DNA of 64,000 bases. Origin: Arenicella sp. (lineage in GTDB: Bacteria > Pseudomonadota > Gammaproteobacteria > Arenicellales > Arenicellaceae). The stretch covers positions 2,601 to 66,600 of the forward strand of contig JBLHRL010000005.1 of assembly GCA_047625975.1 (NCBI GenBank). The letters are read 5' to 3'. Below are positions 1 through 9,571 of this stretch, one piece after another. Positions within the stretch are counted from its first letter, which is position 1; the number at the start of each line of letters is the position of its first letter. The notes under the pieces were generated by a model. That model was not told the DNA's origin and searched no databases. It was given only the letters and a program-made list of their open reading frames with translations. Both the position numbers and the translations under genes were made by a program.

Positions 1-36
1 GCGTCCAGCTGAGACTAATAGAGTGTCTTTGTTCAT
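1..36 (-). CDS. metC: N-terminus of probable cystathionine beta-lyase (runs off window start)
   Basis: Manual translation from ATG at 36 gives MNKDTLLVSAGR, resembling MetC N-termini (DTxLVxAGR). Only 12 codons are visible. Confidence 0.5.
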   Translation of the reverse strand, partial: MNKDTLLVSAGR

Positions 37-96
37 CGCCAAACTATAACCTATCTTTTAGCGATTTTTAATCTGAGTGACAGATTCAATTCACAA

Positions 97-1017
97 CTAC
101 GCTTGAACCGCTTCTTTCGGTTTAGCAAACAATTGCTGCAAAAGTAACCCCGCGATAATCAAGCACAAACCCACCAAGGTGCTAGCTAAGATAGCCTCGT
201 CAAGTAAAATACTTATAAATACCAACGATACAAACGGTGATATAAAAATAAGATTGGCGACCTTGGCCGTATTTTCTGCAAGTTTCATTGCGTTCAGCCA
301 CAATATAAATGCCAGACCCATCTCAAAAATACCGACATAAAAGCCGCCCGCTAAGGCTTGCCAAGGCGAATTAAAAAGCGCCGCGAGATCCCCTGTTACA
401 TAGGCAACAATGATAATAATCGGTAATGCGAAACTAAAATTCAAACATAAACCGACGACCGGTTGACGTTGGTCTTTCTGGTTTAAGATCCAATAGAGTG
501 ACCACACGACGGTGCTTGCTAGCGCCAACAAAACTCCTTTAATATTAGCAAAATTCAAACCCAGCACATCGCCGCGAGTAGCAATCATGAGCACACCAAA
601 GTAGCACAACGCGGCCGCCGCCAGATCGAATCGCCCCAACCGCTGGCCAAGCAAAGGCACGGCTAATAGTGTCATAACAATGGCCCAAGTGTAATTAAGT
701 GCTTGAGCCTCTTGTGCGGGCAAGGCGTCGTAGGCTGAGAACAGCAATAGATAATAGAGTGTAGGATTCATCAGACCGAAAATTAGTGACCAAACATAAT
801 CCGTTCTAGATAAACTAAATAAGCGTCTAACTCGGCCTTGAACTAGCAATATGCCGATTAAAAATAACCATGAAACAAGCGACGCCAGAAGAATAAGCTG
901 CAACGGCGAAATGTAGTTCAAGCTCAACTTAAAGGCGGTAGCTACCGTCGACCAACAGAGTACTGCCGCGAGGCCATAAAGAATCGCGTGTTTTTGTGAT
1001 TTTAAAGCGTTTGTCAA
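97..1017 (-). CDS. DMT/EamA family transporter
   Basis: 306 aa with about 10 hydrophobic segments in two EamA-like repeats (LCWST..., LNYTWAI, IFISPFVS). Confidence 0.9.
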   Translation of the reverse strand: MTNALKSQKHAILYGLAAVLCWSTVATAFKLSLNYISPLQLILLASLVSWLFLIGILLVQGRVRRLFSLSRTDYVWSLIFGLMNPTLYYLLLFSAYDALPAQEAQALNYTWAIVMTLLAVPLLGQRLGRFDLAAAALCYFGVLMIATRGDVLGLNFANIKGVLLALASTVVWSLYWILNQKDQRQPVVGLCLNFSFALPIIIIVAYVTGDLAALFNSPWQALAGGFYVGIFEMGLAFILWLNAMKLAENTAKVANLIFISPFVSLVFISILLDEAILASTLVGLCLIIAGLLLQQLFAKPKEAVQA

Positions 1018-1130
1018 AGTAAACTGGCCAAATTGAGAATTTCCTGAACATTACCACGGAGTGGCGATGTCATGTACCGACTATAACTAATAAGGAAATA
1101 TCTCTGGCTCTGAGTCGCGACTATCAGGGG

Positions 1131-1187
1131 ACTTCGCTGCGCTCAGTGTGACGAATGCTCACTCGGTCATACTCTGAACAGCGAAGT
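1131..1187. repeat. Degenerate inverted pair of REP-like elements
   Basis: CTTCGCTGCGCTCAGTGTGAC (1132-1152) and GTCATACTCTGAACAGCGAAG (1166-1186) are reverse complements at 16/21 positions. Confidence 0.55.
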
Positions 1188-1239
1188 ATGTTCTGCCTCC
1201 GGCTTACCATCGTTAATGAGCTAACTATCAGAGTCTTGC

Positions 1240-1268
1240 TTGACAATCGGGGCATAATTAAATACTGT
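1240..1268 (+). promoter_or_regulatory. sigma70 promoter of the VRR-NUC/exonuclease gene
   Basis: TTGACA (1240-1245), 17 bp spacer, TACTGT (1263-1268), about 40 bp upstream of ATG 1311. Confidence 0.75.
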
Positions 1269-1282
1269 TTTTACAACCAGTA
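1263..1282. promoter_or_regulatory. LexA (SOS) box
   Basis: TACTG-TTTTTACAAC-CAGTA matches the gammaproteobacterial consensus TACTG-N10-CAGTA with an AT-rich spacer and overlaps the -10. Confidence 0.8.
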
Positions 1283-1310
1283 AAACAAAGCTTCCAGACA
1301 AGTAAAACTT

Positions 1311-3452
1311 ATGCATCAACCCCTTCCAAGCAAGTATTACTTGAATCACGCTCACGAGCTGTTTGATTTCGTCGCCAAACAATGTTGGACGCTATTAACG
1401 CCTGAGCACAAAGATTATCTTCACGGCGTAAGCGCTTTGAGTGATGATGCTCAATGCATGTTAGTTCGTTGTTTAGCGCGCAAACCAAAATTCATTAAAC
1501 TTAGCTCGCTTAATTACGCCGAAATCCTGAATTGCCAAGCGGCACTAGCGGAGCTACAAGCAAAAAATTATCTTAGAGTTGCTAATCACCATGATTGGCG
1601 GCAACTAAGCCAACAGCTGACTAAGCCACAACTGATCAAAAGCTTGGTCCATGCACCGATAAAAATAAGGGCATCGACCAACAAATCAGAGCTAGTAGAT
1701 CATGCCGAACACTATCTCAATGGTCAGGAAGCCCACTTACCATCATTACTAAACAGTATTATAGTAAGGCAGAGAAGTGATCTGATCGAGTATATATTTT
1801 TTTTGTTTTTTGGCGATATTAGTAACCGTTTTCAACAGTTTGCGATGCGCGATTTAGGGGTTATGAAAACTCGCAAAGAAGCCCAAAACGTAGCCCGTTT
1901 CGAACATATTACTGAAGCTCAAAGCGCCTTTGAACTGCAAAAGCGACAAAGAGAGTTCGCCGCCAACCCGAGCCAACTTAAGCAACAAACCGCCGCATAT
2001 TTAATCAACTGCGATGCTATCGGACATAGTGCCAAGGAAACATACGACCGTTTACTTCTGGCGGTTGGCGATTCACTAATTGACTCTGACGCAGAGCAAG
2101 CAATCATTCTATGGAAAGCTTCGAGCGACCCCGTCGCAATCGAGAAGTGGGTGCGAGAAAGCTATAAGCGTTTTGATAGAAACCAGTTGGAAGCGAGCTT
2201 ATTGCAAATGAGAGAAACAGATCTTGACCCTCGCACTCAGGTTTTTATTGAAGATTTTCACGCTCGAAAATATCAAGGTAAACGCACTAGTATTTTTACT
2301 GATATGTTACGCGAAACCTCTAGCACCATCGCCCTAGACGAAGCCTTTACCAACGATGTTGAAGCGGGTGTAATCGCAGATTATCGAAAACGTGGCATTG
2401 ATGCCTACTTCACCGAGAATAAATTTTGGCGTGGACTGTTCGCGCTAACATTTTGGGATCTACTTTATGGCCCGCAACAAACCCAGCACTCTGAATTTGA
2501 TCGTTTACCATTACAGCTAAAGAACAATCGTTTCTACACTATTCAAGAGCGAGAAATAGAACAATGCCTTGAGCCATTCAGTAGCCAACACTTAGATCAA
2601 AAAAAAGCTCTAATCGCATTATTTACTCAGAAATCGGTTATTCACTACGGCAAAGCAAATGGGCTTTTTAATTGGTCTGTGGGCCTGCTTAACAAGATTC
2701 GCTTAGCACTTTCGAGCAATACTTCTGCGGGGCTAGCTAGGGTACTCAGGCGCATGGCTAAAAACTATAGCAATAGTAAAGACGGTTATCCAGACCTGAT
2801 GGTTATCGAAGATGGCAAACTTCGCTTTGAAGAAATCAAAGCACCTGGTGATGTTTTACGAGCCAATCAACTGGTCAGTATTAATTTACTTCGAAGCGCA
2901 GGAATTGACGTTGATTTAGTCCAAGTAGAATGGGCAAGCAATCCAGAACAAACATACGCCGTCGTTGATATCGAGACCACTGGTGGCAAAAAAGGAGCTA
3001 ATACGATCACTGAAATAGCGGTAGTCCAAGTACGAAATCAAGAGGTCGTTAGTGAATGGTCTACCTTAGTTAACCCACAACGTCATATCCCGTCACATAT
3101 CACCCGTTTAACTGGCATCGATAACCGCATGGTCGCTAGTGCACCAACCTTCGCCGAGATAGCAGACCAACTTGAGCAGCAACTTGAGGGGGCCATATTT
3201 GTCGCTCATAACGTAGGCTTCGATTATGGTTTTATTAAGGCTGCTTATGAGTCAATTAATCGAAGCTTCAAAAAACCTAAATTCTGTACCGTTAGCAATG
3301 CTCGAAAGTCCTTTCCAGGCTTAAAGTCTTATAGCCTGGGAGCACTGACGGAGTACTTTGACATCGACTTAGTCAGCCACCATCGAGCACTCAGCGACGC
3401 AAAAGCGACGGCTGATCTACTTAGATTAATTCAAGCGGCTCGGCAATCATGA
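1311..3452 (+). CDS. FAN1-like VRR-NUC nuclease fused to C-terminal DEDDh (DnaQ/epsilon-like) 3'-5' exonuclease
   Basis: PD-(D/E)xK motif GYPDL...FEEIKAPGD.LRANQ; then ExoI VVDIETTG, ExoII AHNVGFD and ExoIII HHRALSDA. Confidence 0.85.
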   Translation: MHQPLPSKYYLNHAHELFDFVAKQCWTLLTPEHKDYLHGVSALSDDAQCMLVRCLARKPKFIKLSSLNYAEILNCQAALAELQAKNYLRVANHHDWRQLSQQLTKPQLIKSLVHAPIKIRASTNKSELVDHAEHYLNGQEAHLPSLLNSIIVRQRSDLIEYIFFLFFGDISNRFQQFAMRDLGVMKTRKEAQNVARFEHITEAQSAFELQKRQREFAANPSQLKQQTAAYLINCDAIGHSAKETYDRLLLAVGDSLIDSDAEQAIILWKASSDPVAIEKWVRESYKRFDRNQLEASLLQMRETDLDPRTQVFIEDFHARKYQGKRTSIFTDMLRETSSTIALDEAFTNDVEAGVIADYRKRGIDAYFTENKFWRGLFALTFWDLLYGPQQTQHSEFDRLPLQLKNNRFYTIQEREIEQCLEPFSSQHLDQKKALIALFTQKSVIHYGKANGLFNWSVGLLNKIRLALSSNTSAGLARVLRRMAKNYSNSKDGYPDLMVIEDGKLRFEEIKAPGDVLRANQLVSINLLRSAGIDVDLVQVEWASNPEQTYAVVDIETTGGKKGANTITEIAVVQVRNQEVVSEWSTLVNPQRHIPSHITRLTGIDNRMVASAPTFAEIADQLEQQLEGAIFVAHNVGFDYGFIKAAYESINRSFKKPKFCTVSNARKSFPGLKSYSLGALTEYFDIDLVSHHRALSDAKATADLLRLIQAARQS

Positions 3453-3572
3453 ACAATCGAGTTGTTATTTACTCAATCTAAAATTTCCCTTATCGACCAA
3501 ATTGAAAAATCATTAGGCTCATATCAATACTAAATTATTGCTAGAGTGGTGAAAATTATAAGAGTCATAACA

Positions 3573-5072
3573 ATGATAAAGCAACGTGCTGTGGTTCAAG
3601 TTGTCGGGATGTTGGCGTGCGCCACACTGATCTGGTTTTTACGTCCTCAGAATATCGAAGGTCATTATGGCTTTTGGTCTTTATTACCTGCGGTACTAAC
3701 TATAGTCACCTGCTTTCTTACACGTAATGTTTTACTCGCTTTATTGTTTGGCGTGTTTACCGGCGGCTTGGTCAGCGGAAAACTCAACATCCTTAATGCC
3801 TTTCTAATACCAAGTCTCGGCAGTGAAAACTACGCGCAGATGCTATTGGTTTATTTATGGGCCTTGGGCAGCCTATTGGGTCTTTGGAACCGTAATGGTG
3901 GCGCACGACATTTCGCTGAAAAACTAGCTGAGCGTTTCGTTAACTCACGCACCTCGGCTAAAGTATTTACATGGTGCATAGGCGTTCTATTTCATCAAGG
4001 AGGCACTATCAGCACAGTACTAACTGGCACAACGGTCAAACCAATCACAGACAAGCATGCTGTCGCCCATGAAGAGCTGGCTTATGTGGTTGATTCAACG
4101 GCGTCGCCAATTGCCACTATTATTCCTTTCAACGTGTGGCCGATTTATATTGCCGGCTTGATTACGATCGAACCACTCAACTCGATCATCGGCAGTGAAG
4201 AAGACGCAATTAAAATGTTTTTGTATGCTATTCCATTTAATTTTTACGCCTGGATTGCCGTCAGTATGACCTTACTATTCGCCCTTGGCCGCTTACCTTT
4301 GTTAGGCAGTCCTATGGCTAAAGTGGTTACGCGCGTGACCACCACAGGCGAACTCGATGACGTTGGCGCTCAGCCTATGGCCGCGTCAGAACTCACTGAG
4401 TCAAATTTACCAGCAGGGTATAACCCATCAGTTATAGACTTCTTATTGCCGATCTTAGTGCTGCTAGGTTTTTGCATTGTGCCTTTGGCATCTGGCGCTA
4501 ACCCGCTTGTATTTGAAGGCTTTGGAGTCGCGGTAATAGTTGCATTTACCACCAGCATTATTCGTGGAATGGAGATCTCAACCGCGTTCGATGCAATGAT
4601 ACAAGGCATCAAAGGGGTGACCATCGGCGCCCTTGTTTTAGGTCTAGCGGTTACTCTGGCAACGGTTTCAGCAAAACTAGGCACCGCTGACTTCGTGATT
4701 CAGAGCACCTCAGGATTGCTCATCAGCTGGCCATATATTCTACCCAGCCTATTACTCTTTATATGCATGTTTGTGGCATTCTCAATCGGTTCTTCGTGGG
4801 GCACCTACGCGGTTATGTTCCCTATTGCCTTGCCGCTTGCACTGGCACTTTCGCAAGACCCAACTTACTTACTTTTATGCTTCGGCGCTATCATGGGTGG
4901 TGCCGTATTTGGTGATCAATGCTCACCAATCTCCGATACAACGATCCTGTCTGCCCTTGCGTGCGGCGCCGACTTGATGGACCACGTTAATACTCAGCTT
5001 CCTTTAGCGATGATCGCTGCCGGTCTATCGTCTGTGATCTATCTTATCGTTAGCCTGATTGTTCTCTATTGA
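3573..5072 (+). CDS. NhaC family Na+/H+ antiporter-like transporter
   Basis: Polytopic membrane protein with LAYVVDSTASP, GSSWGT and GDQCSPISDTTILS motifs. The ATG at 3573 is preferred over the ORF start at 3546. Confidence 0.85.
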   Translation: MIKQRAVVQVVGMLACATLIWFLRPQNIEGHYGFWSLLPAVLTIVTCFLTRNVLLALLFGVFTGGLVSGKLNILNAFLIPSLGSENYAQMLLVYLWALGSLLGLWNRNGGARHFAEKLAERFVNSRTSAKVFTWCIGVLFHQGGTISTVLTGTTVKPITDKHAVAHEELAYVVDSTASPIATIIPFNVWPIYIAGLITIEPLNSIIGSEEDAIKMFLYAIPFNFYAWIAVSMTLLFALGRLPLLGSPMAKVVTRVTTTGELDDVGAQPMAASELTESNLPAGYNPSVIDFLLPILVLLGFCIVPLASGANPLVFEGFGVAVIVAFTTSIIRGMEISTAFDAMIQGIKGVTIGALVLGLAVTLATVSAKLGTADFVIQSTSGLLISWPYILPSLLLFICMFVAFSIGSSWGTYAVMFPIALPLALALSQDPTYLLLCFGAIMGGAVFGDQCSPISDTTILSALACGADLMDHVNTQLPLAMIAAGLSSVIYLIVSLIVLY

Positions 5073-5097
5073 CATAAATTCACTATCGAGTGGCTGA

Positions 5098-5712
5098 TTA
5101 GTTCTTCAAGAATTCAGCATAGGCCTCAATAGTTACCTGATCACCGACCAAGGGAATGAATTTATCCACTCCAAAGTCAGAGCGAGAAAAAGTACCTTTG
5201 GCTGAAAAACCAAGAGTATATTTTCCGCTTAACATATTGCTCGCAGCGCCGTGAAAAGTGGCGGTAACGGTAATTAATTTTTGTTTACCACGCCAGTTCA
5301 AAAAACCGCTGAATTCAAACTCAGTCTCGCTGATTGGCGTCACTGATTCACTGGCGAATTTAGCTTGCGGAAATTCTGATTGGCGAAACCAGGATCTACC
5401 CATCAGATCGTCTTTCAAATCAGTATCGTTGATATCCAGAGAGTCTATTTCAATCAACGCGGTGAGTCGCGATGCGGCAATGTTGTCTGGATCAAATTCA
5501 AGCGAGGCGTCGAAGGTATTGAATCGCCCAACGTAAGTAGATAATCCCAAATGTTGAATTTTAAACAATAACGTCGCGTGGCTTGAATCTAAAGAGTACT
5601 GTCCAGCTTTAAGCTTGACCAACTCTGATTCGACCTTCGGCGTTATTAATGACACGCAAGCCGATAGTAACCCGCTGCTTAAAAGCACGAATAAGATTAT
5701 TTTCTTCAACAC
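5098..5712 (-). CDS. YceI family lipid/polyisoprenoid-binding protein, probable lipoprotein
   Basis: YceI motifs (LDSSH, FKIQHLGLS..GRF, FPQAKF, RSDFG) and a signal peptide ending in LSAC. Confidence 0.85.
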   Translation of the reverse strand: MLKKIILFVLLSSGLLSACVSLITPKVESELVKLKAGQYSLDSSHATLLFKIQHLGLSTYVGRFNTFDASLEFDPDNIAASRLTALIEIDSLDINDTDLKDDLMGRSWFRQSEFPQAKFASESVTPISETEFEFSGFLNWRGKQKLITVTATFHGAASNMLSGKYTLGFSAKGTFSRSDFGVDKFIPLVGDQVTIEAYAEFLKN

Positions 5713-5751
5713 ATGGGTCCCAGCTTATCACTCATAAGTATATTGTAAGGT

Positions 5752-6330
5752 TTAGTCATCTGCTTTGGAACATTCAAGCAGCATCTTACGCATATGATCA
5801 ACGCCCAACTTATTCATCAAAGCGATATTATCTAGCGGAATTTGATCGGTATCCGGATGTTCATCAACAGCCCAGTCTAAACTCGACTCACGTAAAATAT
5901 GCAACATTGGATACGGTGCTCGATTAGTGAAATTTTCGGCGTCGTCTTCGCTTGTGCCAGCAAAACGATATTCAGGATGGAAGCTGGCAAACTGAAACAC
6001 ACCGTCAAGCTTCATCTCTTCGAGCAAAGAATCTGCAAAACCGAGAAAATCATTAAAGTACTCAAATTCCGATAATGCGCTGGGTAAAATCAGCAACGTG
6101 GTTTGTAACTCTTGATGCTTATTAAGCAACGAAAGCTCAACCACTAAGTCGCGAACGATTTCTTCTTCTAGCTCAGCAAAAGAGGTTTTAAAACGAATGC
6201 TATTGTTTCGATATTCTCGTTGCGCAAATGGGCATAGGTTTAAATTTATTACTATTGAGGTAAGCCAGTTTTCGACTCGCCTCTCAATTTCGATACTATT
6301 CGGATTAACTTTTGGGCTATTTTCGTTCAC
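5752..6330 (-). CDS. DUF1415 family protein
   Basis: VINLNLCPFA, QFASFHPEYRF and FTNRAPYPMLHILRE motifs. Confidence 0.85.
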   Translation of the reverse strand: MNENSPKVNPNSIEIERRVENWLTSIVINLNLCPFAQREYRNNSIRFKTSFAELEEEIVRDLVVELSLLNKHQELQTTLLILPSALSEFEYFNDFLGFADSLLEEMKLDGVFQFASFHPEYRFAGTSEDDAENFTNRAPYPMLHILRESSLDWAVDEHPDTDQIPLDNIALMNKLGVDHMRKMLLECSKADD

Positions 6331-6937
6331 GATTTTTTTGTCTAATTTTCTCGGTTACTCGGGTTAGCCGTAATGCAGCTTCAGACCAGTTGGCGGCGTA
6401 GCTTAGCGAGGCCTGATAATCAGCCTGAGCTTCACCTAGCTTACCTAAACGCTCTCGCGCCATACCTCGGTTCAAGTGCGCAATATGCGGTTTCTCGACG
6501 CCTAATTGTAAGGCTAAGTCATAGTCGCTTAATGCCTTAGGCAAATCGTTACCGAAAAACCATAGATTACCTCGGTTTACGTAGGCTTCGCCGGTCTTAT
6601 CATCAAGATCAAGCGCAAGATTAAAATCGTTCAGGGCTGATTTTCGATCACCCAACGCCATATAAATGGCGCCCCGATTCACATAGCTTGCGACTAAATT
6701 TTTACGGCTCAAAGCGCCGTCATAAATAGCGCGTTGGCAGGGTTCAAGATCGCGTCGGCTAGCACTACCGTTAGAGATAGCGATTGATGACGCCCGATAG
6801 CACGCGGCGGCAAAAGAATCACCACCGATAACCATGCCCAACTGAGCTTGAGCAGAACTTAAGGCCAGTGATAATCCAATACAGGTTACCAGCTGTTGTG
6901 AGAACTTAGAAACACAATACTGCGAGACTGCTTTCAT
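6317..6937 (-). CDS. Secreted tetratricopeptide repeat protein
   Basis: Signal peptide (AQA) followed by TPR-like repeats (YVNRG...AL.DF..AL). Confidence 0.8.
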   Translation of the reverse strand: MKAVSQYCVSKFSQQLVTCIGLSLALSSAQAQLGMVIGGDSFAAACYRASSIAISNGSASRRDLEPCQRAIYDGALSRKNLVASYVNRGAIYMALGDRKSALNDFNLALDLDDKTGEAYVNRGNLWFFGNDLPKALSDYDLALQLGVEKPHIAHLNRGMARERLGKLGEAQADYQASLSYAANWSEAALRLTRVTEKIRQKNRERK

Positions 6938-7037
6938 AACGACCTCAAATTTATCATCAGCGGCTTAAACAGGTTTTCGAGCCATTTTTCGAATTTCAGT
7001 GTAAAACACATGGTGGTCAAGTTCTATTATTCACAGC

Positions 7038-9569
7038 CTAGTCAATTTGGCGCAATGACTGTAGCGGGGGCACGGTAATAATATCGCGACTTCGTACCAA
7101 GCCAAGGGCCGTAATCAATATGATTCCCGAAAAAAAGCCTAAAGCCCATAAATTTGGGTGCCATTGAGGTGCCATATCAAATACATTGCGCTGTATAAAA
7201 AACAATATTAGTTCAGCACCGGCTCCGGCAATTACACCCGCTATCGCTCCCAATGTAGCGAACTCAACCGTTAGGGCACCGATAATAATCTTCTTTGAAC
7301 TGCCTAATGTACGCAGAATCGCATTCTCTCGCAAACGTTCGTCGTAAGAAACGCCAATCGCCGCAAACAAAACTAATGCACCGCAAATTAGTACCAAAAA
7401 TAGAATTAACTCAAGTCCTTGAGTAACCCGATCAATAACGTCACGAATTCTCGCAATCACGTCACCTAGCTCGAGTACAACCGTAGTTGGGTACTGCTTA
7501 ACCATTTTATTGACGAAAGGAGCTTGTTTAGTTAAAGCGCCGCGATTCACCTCCATAGTGTCGCCAGCACGTACAGCGGTGACCCAATTTGGTGCATAGC
7601 GGTCTAAAGCACCTGGGTAGAACACCACGTAAAAATTTGGGTTCATACTTTGCCAATCGACACTTCTAACGCTCGCAAGTATTGCGCTGAACTTAATGCC
7701 ACCAATACTAAATTCAACTTCGTCGCCAATCTCTACGCCAATTTCAGTGGCGACTTGCTCTTCAATTGAAAACTCCAATCGCTTTGGTGCGGTAAGCCAC
7801 CATTGGCCACTGACAATTTCATTACTAACTGGTAAATCGACTGTTTGCGTAAAGTTAACTTCACGACTAAGCCCGCCTGACTGCGCCATCCGTTCACGGG
7901 TAATAGCTTCGCCGTTAATAGCCACCAAACGACCACGTACCATCGGAAACCACGGGGTAGTTGTAACATCAGATTCAGCCAGTAATTGTTTTACCGCATC
8001 TACTTCTCGGTCAGCGACGTTGTAGAGAAAGTGACTTGGCGTATCCTCAGGCAACTGCGCTTGCCATTCGGCGATTAGGTTAGTTCTGAGCCCGGTAACG
8101 ACTAACAAAAGCATCAAGGTAGTCGAGAAACCGACCAACTGCACTAATGTTTGTCCGCGACGTCGCCATAAATTAGCCAAGCCTAAACGAACAAAGCTAC
8201 CGCGCCAGCTACCAAATCTTTGTACTAATTTTAAGAACTGTAAGGCAATTAATGCGCAGACCAAGAATAAAATAAATATCGCCGCTAAAAATAATAAGGA
8301 GGTGACTAGGCTTTCGCTATACCAATAGGTCAGCAACAATAACGACGCAATGCCAATAGTGAGTCGCCGGCCTTGGCCTAGTAAAGAGTCAGGTAAATCA
8401 CGGCGCAACACACGAAGCGGAGCGATGGTTGGCAAGTGCCACAGTGCCGGCAGAGCAAAGCCCAGCACACATACAAATCCGGTAATGGTTGCGACTATCC
8501 AAGGTCTACTGCCAGGCGGCGGTAGTTCAACCGACAAGACGCCCTTAGCCACTTCGAGCAACATGTAATGAGCAAACCAGCCAAGTAACATACCGAGCAA
8601 GGTTGATGTCGCCGCAATGATAAACAGGCGAATGAATTGGCTGCGACGAATTGCGCGTGTGGATTGGCCCCATGCCTTCATTAATGCAACTTGGTCAGTA
8701 AGTCGACTAGCGTAGCGCTGGCTGGCCAAAGCCATGGCTATGCCCGCCAACAAAACACCGATAGTTCCGCTTAACAGCAAAAAGGCTCGGCCCCGTTGCA
8801 TTGCATCAGCTAATTGCTCTTCGGCATTTTCAGGGGTTACCAAACGAAAGTGTTTTAGATCACTGCTATTTTTTAACCCGTCTTCGCGCTTTTGGTACCA
8901 AGCTTTGTATTGCTCGATTGATCGATCATCGCCACTCATTAAAAAGCGATAACCTATGCGGCTGCCTGGTCGAACTAGTTGCGAGGCAGGCAAATCGTCA
9001 ATACTGATCATGACTCTTGCGCCAGCAGCGGCAAAACCAGTGCCTCGGTCCGGTTCATTAACGATTAGGTTAGTAACGGTAAGGTTAAGATATCCAACCT
9101 CTAAGGTATCGCCAATTTTAATATTCAATAGATTGAAAAGTCGAGCTTCGACCCATGCCTCACCTGATGCAGGACCATTCGAACGCTTACTGACGTTGCC
9201 CACCTCTAGATCATCGCTCAGTTCTATTTGGCCGCGAAGTGGATAAGCATTGCTTACCGCTTTGACCGATGCCAAGTGGTTACTGTCGCCGGCAAAAACC
9301 ATAGAACGAAATAACGCCAAGTCAGCGGTTTTGAGAGCTAGCTGCGTTGCTTTCTGTCGATAATCATCGCTAATTTCAATACCACCCCTGACGGTTAAAT
9401 CAGAGGCCAAAAAACTAGTGATTTGCTGATTCAGGCCACGCTCAACTCGGTCGGCAAATAGACTAACCGCAGTGACAACCATCACCGCCAATACCAGTGC
9501 TGAGACGACTAAATTTAGCTGACCTCCCTGCCAGTCTCGCCATAAAAGCTTTATATCAATTAAATTCAT
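7038..9569 (-). CDS. ybbP: YbbP-like ABC transporter permease (two FtsX domains)
   Basis: 843 aa with duplicated FtsX-type architecture, downstream of a YbbA-like ATPase and divergent from tesA (conserved arrangement). Confidence 0.85.
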   Translation of the reverse strand: MNLIDIKLLWRDWQGGQLNLVVSALVLAVMVVTAVSLFADRVERGLNQQITSFLASDLTVRGGIEISDDYRQKATQLALKTADLALFRSMVFAGDSNHLASVKAVSNAYPLRGQIELSDDLEVGNVSKRSNGPASGEAWVEARLFNLLNIKIGDTLEVGYLNLTVTNLIVNEPDRGTGFAAAGARVMISIDDLPASQLVRPGSRIGYRFLMSGDDRSIEQYKAWYQKREDGLKNSSDLKHFRLVTPENAEEQLADAMQRGRAFLLLSGTIGVLLAGIAMALASQRYASRLTDQVALMKAWGQSTRAIRRSQFIRLFIIAATSTLLGMLLGWFAHYMLLEVAKGVLSVELPPPGSRPWIVATITGFVCVLGFALPALWHLPTIAPLRVLRRDLPDSLLGQGRRLTIGIASLLLLTYWYSESLVTSLLFLAAIFILFLVCALIALQFLKLVQRFGSWRGSFVRLGLANLWRRRGQTLVQLVGFSTTLMLLLVVTGLRTNLIAEWQAQLPEDTPSHFLYNVADREVDAVKQLLAESDVTTTPWFPMVRGRLVAINGEAITRERMAQSGGLSREVNFTQTVDLPVSNEIVSGQWWLTAPKRLEFSIEEQVATEIGVEIGDEVEFSIGGIKFSAILASVRSVDWQSMNPNFYVVFYPGALDRYAPNWVTAVRAGDTMEVNRGALTKQAPFVNKMVKQYPTTVVLELGDVIARIRDVIDRVTQGLELILFLVLICGALVLFAAIGVSYDERLRENAILRTLGSSKKIIIGALTVEFATLGAIAGVIAGAGAELILFFIQRNVFDMAPQWHPNLWALGFFSGIILITALGLVRSRDIITVPPLQSLRQID

Positions 9570-9571
9570 GG

